Position numbers and translations under genes: made by a program
Assembly: GCA_905178155.1 (NCBI GenBank)
Contig: CAJINV010000010.1
Coordinates: 3,368,587-3,432,586 of the forward strand
Source of the DNA: Amoebophrya sp. A120
Taxonomy: Eukaryota > Protista > Dinoflagellata
Direction of reading: 5' to 3'
DNA length: 64,000 bases
The notes under the pieces: generated by a model
Seen by the model: the letters and a program-made list of their open reading frames with translations, nothing else
Database searches by the model: none
What the model was told of the DNA's origin: nothing
Part shown: one piece after another, positions 55,160 through 64,000 of the stretch
Position numbering within the stretch: position 1 is the stretch's first letter
How the letters are laid out: each line of letters begins with the position of its first letter

Positions 55160-58100
55160 TCACGGAAAGCCCCCCTTCGCCCGCGTATACGTAGTCGGCC
55201 CCATGTTCCCTCCCTGCGGATGTGGGTACGTCGGACCCGGTAGTTGTTGCCTGATAATTTTTTTTGTAGTGGCATCTTTACGCATCACAGATTTCCCTTG
55301 CATAGCAGTACCACATTCTCGCATGACAAACTCAACAATAACAATTCCAACTAATTTATTAGTACCTCGTGCTCATCATATTCCGGGGCACAAACCCCCC
55401 AGCTCCCGCGCTTTTCACCGCTTTATTACTGTTCTGACTCTGAAACCCCGGCGGCGGGTTTTCCCCGACCCAGGCAAAAGTAGCAGCTTCGACTAAATCT
55501 TTCGGATTATTCCCCAAAGAACTACTAGCATGATTCATGTTACCCTGCAGCTGCTGGTCCGTATCCATCCCCGGAGCCGTATGCGCCACGCGGTCGTATA
55601 TAAATTGCAAAAGTATCCATCGTACTAGTATAAACGCATTCCAAATTTTCCCAAGAAAAAAAATTCAATTTGTCATGCTATTTCAGGTAGAAAGTTGGAT
55701 TTGTCATGCGTATCTGCAATTAGTACGAGTACGATACTTTTGCACAGGATATCGTACCCCCGGAGCTCGTGGGCGTTCGCGGACGACGTCTTCCAAACAC
55801 TCCTATGCACTGCAAATATGTCTGGGTCTGGAAACTTGTGATGCTGGGTGGCGTATCATGAGGAGGCCACAAGTGCTGGCTCAGCAGGACAAGTTTCTGA
55901 GCTTGTAGGTGTTGCCTCTTCCCCATGACAAACTGCGTTCTTTCTGCATGACAGAAAAATGAGGATCTTGGGTAATACGTGCATGACAGATTTAAAGAGT
56001 CTCATGCCAGACAAGCATGACAAACATGCACTCTTCCAGACCCAGACACATTTGCACTTGATAACTCCCCTTCGGCAGATGCGGGTTCGTTCCGTGCGGA
56101 TCCGGCACCGGGCCCGGTGGAAGCATACCCGGCGGATAAGCTGCACCACCATTCGAAGATGAAGATGGCCCGTTCTTACTCGAAGCCGTGGAAATTTCCC
56201 GTTGCGGGAGCGGTTGATCACTTTGGAACGTGAAGACGTCTTCCTCCAACTCGCTCACTTCCCCACTGTTCATCCCCGAAGAAGAACCACCCTCGTTCAA
56301 GTTCTGGTACGCGCCCTCCGGTGGCAACCAGCGGCTTTTGCTGTTGGATTTCGGTTTTTCAGCCTGCTTCATCATCAGCCATTCGTCAAATTCGGTCGCA
56401 TATTGCTCTAATTCGTTTTCCGTGGGCATCAACTCCCCGTCTTCTTCCTCGGAAGTCGAAGTTGTGTTCTTCATCAAATTGTCCTGAACTACGGCTCCGA
56501 TCTCCGCATGGTCTTTCGAACTGCTCGCCTCACTGCAACTCAGCTTGCTGGACTTCACAGAATTCGAGCTTCCATCCTCCTCCGACTGCGATTTGGACTG
56601 CGATTTGCTTGACTTGCTTCCCCGCCGCTCCTGCAACCAGTTCCCGACGGCAAACGGGTCCACCAGCATGCGCGAATTGCAGATAAACACCATGATTTTC
56701 TGCTCCCGCTTCGACGGCTGCTTCCGCTTTTGTAGAAGTGTCGGTTCCGGTTGCCCGGTGAGTTTGTTTTTCGAATTCACCTTGCTCGCGTTGCTCATCG
56801 CGTACATGTAGTTGTAATGGTGCGGCGCGGACGAGGAATTATGCCCTCCAGAGCTGCTCACGGACTGCTTGTCCTTGCTCCGGGCTTTGATCGGAGTGGA
56901 GATGTTACTCGGGTTCGAACTCGAGGAACTGTGCGAAGGCACCGACGCCGGCGCCTTCCGGTAGTGGTTTCGGGTCGAGTTCACCATCCGGATCTCGGGG
57001 CCCACTGTCATGGACATCGCAATCCCAGAATCGTTCACTGCAGGCTGTCGGGAGATGTGCGGGTGGCCCCGGGGCCGCCGGGTCGGGATGTTGTCGGCGT
57101 GATGTTGGTGTCGGAATTGCTGCTGATTTTGGTGCTGCACTAAGTGTTGCTGCCCATGTTGAAGGTTTGGCGGCAAAACCGGCGGCGGCGCCATGTTGGG
57201 CGGCGGCGGCATCATCGGTGGGGGAATCATCATGTTCGGTGGCGGCATCATCGGCGGCCCCGCGAGCATCGCCGTCACCGGGGGCACAACGGCCGTTCCG
57301 GCTACGGTGGGCGGGAGAATCGGTGGCATCGCGGTGACGACTCCAGGAGGTGGCAACGGGCCGCCCGCCGGGGGATGCGAAGACCCTCCAGGAGCTGGAC
57401 CCCACTGGTGCAGCCCAGGGTGGTGCATCACATTGTTCATCGGCGCAGCTGCACTGTTGGAAGATGTAGTTGCATTTCCACCACCCACAGCTTGTTTCGG
57501 CGTTCCATTCATCGCGTTTTTCATGTTGTTAAACGAACTGTTCTTCGACGGCGAAAGAGAATCCCCTCCCTGCTGCGAGTTATTTGTTCCCCGCGAGGAC
57601 TTGTAACTCGCGGTGTAGTAGCTGCTCGAATTCGTTGGCGTGATCAATTCTTCCTCACCGGATGAGATGGCTGCTGGTGCACTAGTCTGGTTATGTACCT
57701 GTGCCAGCGGCGGTGCAACAGCACCGCCGGGAGTCGCATGATGTTGTTGATCTGCGCCTTGTTCGAAAAAGTTCGTTCCCGCGAAAACCGCCGGATCAAG
57801 TAACGAGTTCTGGCCCTCGATCGGGGAGAGAATCAGCATCGGGTCGAAGGAAAGAATGTCGTGGACGTTCGTCGACAGGTGATGTGCAGGGTGTTGATCT
57901 AAGTCAACAGCAGTGGTTGCACTAGTATTTGTATTTCCGGTAAGCGGTACGCCCGAAGCAGTTGTCAAATGCTCTTCGTTTGTTGTCGTGTCGCCGTAGT
58001 GCACCATGTGCTGGTAATTATTACCATCAACCCCTGGACCTTGGTGCTGGCCGTATTGATGTTCCATGTCCGAGCTGCTGTGCGGGTCACCCAAGTTATA

Positions 58101-61100
58101 CTGCTGATCTCCCGTGACCCACGGATCCGAGTGACCACCAACACCCGCTGTCACAAGGTCCTGCACCAAAAAATGCGGGCTGTTGCTGTTCAGATAGGCG
58201 GTCTCCTCAGCCGCCGTGATTCCCAATCCCATCTGCTGGTCCGTATTTTGCGTGATGTGCTCGGACGCGCCGGGCGTGAATTCGGTAACGGCCAGACTCT
58301 ATCAAATGCAAATATGTCTGGGTCTGGAAGAATGCGCGATTTGTCATGCAGCTTTTCCATCACCCATGAGGTCTGGAGTGCAGGACCTAGCATGACAGAT
58401 TCTGCGCGATCTCTCTCATGCCGTTCCTGCATGAGAAACTCCCTCCCGACTTGGTCAAACCTGGGCGACTTTTGGTAATCATGCAACACAGATTTTTGCA
58501 TGCTTCAGATTTAGCATGACAAGTTGCATTCTTCCAGACCCAGACACTTTTACATGTGATAGACTCGGCTTGGTTTGATACGGGTTATGGTCTACAAAGC
58601 TGCTGCTGTTGTTGTTGTTTCCTGCACTCGGGGGGGTCGCGTTCGGGTAGAATTCCTGGTAGATCCGGTTTTTGGAGAACGAGTTTTGGTTCGCGTCAAG
58701 AGTCGTGTAATTATGGTCAACATGCTGCTCATGCGGATCTTCCAGGTACGCAACCTGCTGCTCTTCAGTGGTCTCTTGCCCAGGAACAACATACGCAGCT
58801 TCTGCTGCGCAATATTCTTCTTCTCCCAGCATCACCGGATCAACTTCGTCCTCGTTTTCCGCCGAACCAACACCTTGCAGTTCCTGCTCCTGTTTCGCCT
58901 TCTCCGCAGCGTTTTGCAAGAACGCACGGAAAACCCCATTGGCGGTAGAGGCGAGCGGCGTGTTCAGAGTTTTATTGTTCGTCGGAGGGACTCCTACGAC
59001 AGCTCCAGGTGGAGCGAGTAACGCAGCCGCGCTTGATGTGGTCGTAGGTAAACCTTCGTTTTCCATCACCATAATTCCCTGCTCATGCGCTTGTCCTCCC
59101 AACAGCAACTTCTGGTGCTCCACCGACCCGGAGGAGCTCGCCTTCGAAGTGGATAATTCTGCTTGCAGCGACGCCGTGCCGGAGTGGTGCCTTGGGATAC
59201 AACTAGACGGTGGAACAACCTTAGTTGTACCGCCATCCACCTCTTGCGCGATCATGTTGCGGAACCTTTCGGTTTTCTTCGGCGATACGCAAATTCCAAA
59301 CTGCGTTTCCTCCAGCGCGTTCCCCTCCGTCGGCGTTTCGACGAGGGGCTTGTGTTGCAGCAAGGTTGTATCAGCCGTGGTCCCCACTGTGTCATCATGA
59401 GCCAAGCCACTTTTCTTGTTCATCTTCTCGGTGGTCAGAACATCGCTCTCCTCCTTCGGCAGCGCAGTGTCACCGTTAATACTCCCTCCTTCCCCACTGT
59501 CTACTTCCCCAGCACCACCAGAACTTCTACCGGAGCCCCCACTATTAAAGTCGTTCGGAAACAGCTGCCGCAACACCCAGTCCGTGTAGCCGTGCTTCGA
59601 GGGAGCCCTCATCCAGTCCTCACACTTCTTCTGCTCCGCGGTTTGTTCCGTCGTCAAAGGCTTCAAAGGGGAAGTAGGAAGGGGAGTGACTAACGTGGTC
59701 GAGGTCGTGGTCGTGGTTGGCGGCTGCTGCTGCTGCGTAACACTAACAGTCACAGGAGGTCCTCCGGCACCCGCCGGCGGCGAATGTGGCTGTAAACCCG
59801 CATCGACCATCGTTGGCATCAAAGGCGGCAGCAGCGCTTGCGTGGGCGTGTCATGGTCAACTACTACTGGGGACGTTGCATCAGCAGCAGCTTCAGCTAC
59901 TACTACGGCAGAATGCGTCGTCGTACTAAAGTCCTCGACCTGATAAACGTCCTCTGCAGGCACGTCAATTTCAATGTTAGCCGTAGCCGTAGTTGCCCCT
60001 CCAGCAGGCATCTTCTTGCCATCTTCCCGATCCTTCTTCATCTGTTCTTTCTCCTTGCCGTTCTCGTTACTGGTCGAGTACCCACTGCTGGAAGTGAAGA
60101 TTTCCTTACTGCTCGGACTGCTCTATCAAATGCAAAAGTGCCTGGGTCTGGAAGATTGCCAGGTTTGTCATGCATATGTTGCATGACCAATGACGCCTGT
60201 AATGCATGCCCTAGCATCCCAGATTTTTAAGAGGCTTCCTGATGCTTATTCCGCATGAGAAATGCCCTCCCCGTGTAGCACAAACTGGACTCCTTTTGCT
60301 AGTCATGCAAGACAGATTTTTTTGGAATCCAAAGACAGCATCACAAGTTACCGCCTTCCAGACCCAGACATTTTTACATTTGATATGCTCGTGATAGCCG
60401 TGCCCGTAGTTGCAGTGACATTATTCTTCGGCGCGGTCTCCGCGATAATATCAGCCTGGTTCATCTGATCATCCTGCTCGTTTTGATCCCGTGCAACTAC
60501 TCCTTCTTCAATCGCCTTCTCCAGTGAAGCTTGGATAGCACTTCGATGTGTTTGTTCATCTCCTACTCGAGCTGCCACATCACTCCCCTTTGGCGTAGTT
60601 TCCCCCATCACCAGTGCCTTGTCGATCACCCCCTGCAAATCGAAGCTTTCGCTGAAGGAGTTGTTTTCGCTACTGGAGCTCGATTGCTTCGACAGCTGCG
60701 GCTTGTGTTCTTCATTTCCCACGATAATTTCCGGCCCAGCAAGAACGGATGTCGCAACTTCCTCGAGCAGCTCAACGGGCGGTGGTGGCGCGGCTCCTTC
60801 AACCCGGGAGGTTGCTGTTGTAATACTGCTCGCTTCACGTTGTTCCGGGAGATGCACCGCTGCAGCCTGCTGTGTCTTTTGGTTTTCAGGCTCGTATTGG
60901 TGCTGCTGCGCATGCGGCCGCTGCTGTAAACCATTGAAACTGTACTGTTGGTGGTCATAATACTGTGCCGCGGCTGCTCCAGGGCTGCCTGCAACCTGCT
61001 GCACTCCTGGCGGTGGCGCAGGGTCGTACTGGTCGTAGATATTCTGGTGTTGATGCTGCTGTGCCCCCGCATTGACATGATTGTACGAGGACCCATGCCA

Positions 61101-64000
61101 GTTGTTCGCATGGCTGGTGCCTTCTCTTTGCTGCCACTGTGAAGATGTTGCTGTGTTGTAGCTGTGGTGGTTGTAGTATGAGGGCGATTGGGCCGTTCAC
61201 TCTAAAAAAAATCAAAAATTTTTTATTGCTATATTTGCATTACAAAAAGCATCTCAAGAGCTATCCCATAACGGCTGCTGTTGGGTGCGATCGGAGGCGA
61301 ACCTGGTCAGGTGAGGCTGATTTTGGAGATATGAAATTGAAACTAGCCAAAGCTCCAAGTTGAACTAGTTAACTAAGGCATGGGCTTTAGGGTTTAGAGA
61401 TGAGGACTTTCAATGAGAAAGAGCAGCATTATCCGCATGGTATATGGGAAATCTGCCGGGGCCATCACGGCTCGGAGCCCCGTCTGACATGCTTCGCGAG
61501 CGTGCCTGTTTTTATTATGGTTGCGTTTCGGCACCTCATTCAGGACCTCACTTCAGGAACTCAATCCCGATGGTAGGGTAGGATTTAAAGCGAGGTCCTT
61601 TCAGGACCTCCGCCGGAAGCTGTTTTTTGCGAAGTTGAACGGTCGGACCTCAAAAGTGCAGCTTTTTTGAGCTTCCCTTGATGGTATGGCCATTTCAAAG
61701 CACACAACTTTCGGCATCCCGTTGAAGGGGCCCCGAGGCAGTTGGGCGGCCCACCTTCTTGGATATAGGATCCCAGAATGCAAGCTAATCGCCTTCTAGT
61801 TACCTTCTATTTTCTACCGATTCAGAATGCTTAATAAACTTGTTCACCTTGGAGCTTGTAGCTAGTTCTCATCTTGATATCACCCACACCGTCACATCGC
61901 CCGACCGCAAAGAGAACCTGCCCGAGTGCGCGTCCAAACCGTCGCACTTCAAACCTAAAAACTGCAATCAAAACATACTAAGAAAAAAATTTTGATTTTT
62001 TTAGAGTGAACGGCCCAATCGCCCTCATATTTGTGTTGTAGTGTTGGTGGAAGATGTTGCTGTGTTGTAGCTGTGGTGGTTGTAGTGCTGGTGGTAATTA
62101 TTCTGGTCGTACGCTGAAGCTCCGTAGTTGCAGCTCATCATCTGCGCATTGTGATGACCATGCCCCGGCGTCGGGTTAAAATTGCTGTACGCTCCAGGTC
62201 CAGCTTGGTAAGAAGTGTGTTGCTGCTGGTGCTGGCCGCTGGTGGTCGTGCTGTTCAGCATCTCAGCATTTCCTGTTGTACCAGCTACACCACCTGCAGT
62301 TCCTGACTGAGCAGTACCAGCGGAGTTTTGTTGATTCTGCCCGACCTGCTGCCGGCGCAAGTGCGGAGCCACATACAATTTCGCTTTGGTCGGACTGGCT
62401 GGCGGGTTGTTGTTTGCATTGGGCGCGCCATGAAGAACATCCGTCGATTCATTTGCCTTTCCTGCACTAGGAGGAGCTTCTGGTGCGCCAGTCGTGTTTG
62501 AAGGCAGTTGCACCGGTGCACCGCCAGGTTGTAATTGTAAAGTCGTTGCACCAGAACAAGTTCCTTCTGGATGATTTTCCTGCGCCGCACCCTGCGCCAG
62601 TTGACTCCCATTGTTCAACATTCTCGGTGACGACTGCAAGGAGTTGTTTTTCGAGCTCTGTACGGATCCGTTTTTCGAGGAGTTTTCGCTCGAGGAGGTT
62701 TTCTGCACGGCTATCAGCTTCGAGCACATTGGCGAGGGGAGCTCTAAGTCGAAACCTATCGCGAGAAAAAACTGTTTCACTGTGAACTTGTGATGCATAG
62801 AATGGAAGACAGAACTATTTGAATTTGTCTTGCCACACCTGCAAGACCTCGAGGACTCTTTAGCGGTGTTTTTCCTTTGGAAGCGCGCATGGCAAATTTT
62901 CTGTGTCATGTGTAACAAACTTGTGATGCAGATCTTGCAAGACCATCACAGTGAAACAGTTTTTTCGCGGGATAAAACCAAAACTGGACTTATTGTTATT
63001 CTGCGGAGCAGGAGCAGCTGGTGGCAGAACCGATGAAACGGTGCTGGTTGTAACTACCGGGGCGGGTGGAGCTGCTGCGGGAATTTGTGGTTGTCCCGCC
63101 GCGCTCGTAGAAGTTGCCGGCTTCATTACAGAGAGATTTTTAACCGTCGACGTGCTGTTGGGAACAAGACCACCAGCAGTACTACTGTTCAAAGCAGGAA
63201 CTTCTACAGGAAGTGGTCCACCTGCTGCCACGACTTCTTTTGAAGAAGAAGATGCTGGTGCGCCATTCATCTTTGGCACAACGACGACACTGGTACTAGA
63301 ACTCGTGCTGCTTGTCGGGTTAAAAACATCGTATGACGCCACCTTGCTCGGTTGTCGCTCCTCCTTTGACAAGTTCTTCACCGGGGAAGCAGACCCGGAA
63401 GTTTTGGAGTAATTTGGCGCAGCTGCTGTAGTAGAAGTTGCACCAACTACTAAAGAGCCAGCAGGAGGAAGAAGTCCAGGGACTGCAGGTGGGATCGATT
63501 TGCTGTTCTGGACATCTTTATTACTGCTAAGACTGTTAGAAGAAGAGCTCGATAAAATTTTCGACATCGCCAAAGCACTATTCATCCCGCCAAGCCCGAC
63601 GTAGGAATGCAGCTGCATCTCGACCCGGAAAAATTTCTCCTTCGCGATGTCATCCGTACCGTTCACGATCTTGTGCGTCTCTCGAAGAACTTTTTCGAAC
63701 TTCACTGCGAAGTTGTGTTTCAGCTTCTTCGGATTCATTTTTGAAGAAGTACTTTTTTGGTCATCCGTGGCAGCAGGTTCGTCGTTGGAGGAGCAAAACC
63801 CTTCATGGTCGTCGATCGGGCAGGTTAAGATCATCTTTTTACTCTCCTGCTTGTTGTTCAAGAGCGGGGAAGGAGAACTGCTACTCAACATCATTCCTGC
63901 ACTAGTACTTCCACTGTGCGTCATATTAGCATCGCTGTCGATGTGAACGGGCAAAAACGGATCTGCGACAGCGAGTAGACAGGGCGATTGCCGCTCTTCC
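55160..64000 (-). CDS. Very long Ser/Pro/Gln/His-rich disordered protein (>2200 aa), 5' end outside the window
   Basis: Eight segments join in frame after removing 223, 858, 267, 267, 265 and 158 nt elements and a 115-nt GT-AG intron (55251-55365); 6642 nt from 63954. Contains LYVAPHLRR. Confidence 0.7.
55599..55751. mobile_element. Introner family B, DR TCGTA
   Basis: Family B ends; excision gives GYDRVAH. Confidence 0.88.
55804..56063. mobile_element. Introner family A, DR ACTCC
   Basis: TIR core; interior very similar to 7844-8095. Confidence 0.9.
58300..58561. mobile_element. Introner family A, DR GACTC
   Basis: TIR core; excision gives KPSLAVT. Confidence 0.9.
60124..60385. mobile_element. 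Introner family A, DR TGCTC
   Basis: TIR core; excision gives ITSSPSS. Confidence 0.9.
61177..62029. mobile_element. Long (853 bp) TAT...ATA element with near-perfect ~40-bp TIRs inside a CDS
   Basis: tatgagggcgattgggccgttcactctaaaaaaaatcaaaa and its reverse complement; removal of element plus 5 nt restores the frame, but the DR is poor. Confidence 0.8.
62757..62974. mobile_element. Introner family E, DR AAACC
   Basis: TIR tatcgcgagaaaaaactgtttcactgtga and tcacagtgaaacagttttttcgcgggata; excision gives FGFDLE. Confidence 0.9.

Noticed and set aside
7850-60380. Recurrent peptides KMSGSG, KNVWVW and FQTQTF in many ORFs
   Set aside because: These are translations of the family A TIR, not a protein domain.
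61385-61397. Telomere-like TTTAGGGTTTAG
   Set aside because: Fewer than two units; likely chance.

Overview
This is eukaryotic DNA in which every credible gene lies on the minus strand. The non-canonical introns bounded by inverted and direct repeats resemble the introner-rich genome of the parasitic dinoflagellate Amoebophrya; that taxon assignment is an inference. Host genes are two tandem paralogous single-TM mucin-like genes, a helical-repeat (HPR/OPR-like) gene, a CS-domain gene and a long low-complexity gene. About 16 TAT...ATA elements with TIRs and 5-bp direct repeats occur in or near these genes; removing the coding copies restores the reading frames exactly. The centre of the window (28604-49426) is a 20.8-kb Copia-order LTR retroelement. 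It has 353-bp LTRs (6 mismatches), a TTAT TSD, a tRNA-iMet-like PBS, about 6.5 kb of accessory ORFs before gag and a -1 frameshift signal. Its Pol carries CW-type and RapZ-C-like extra modules. Large fold-back intervening sequences split gag, and one of them excises in frame at a 6-bp direct repeat.
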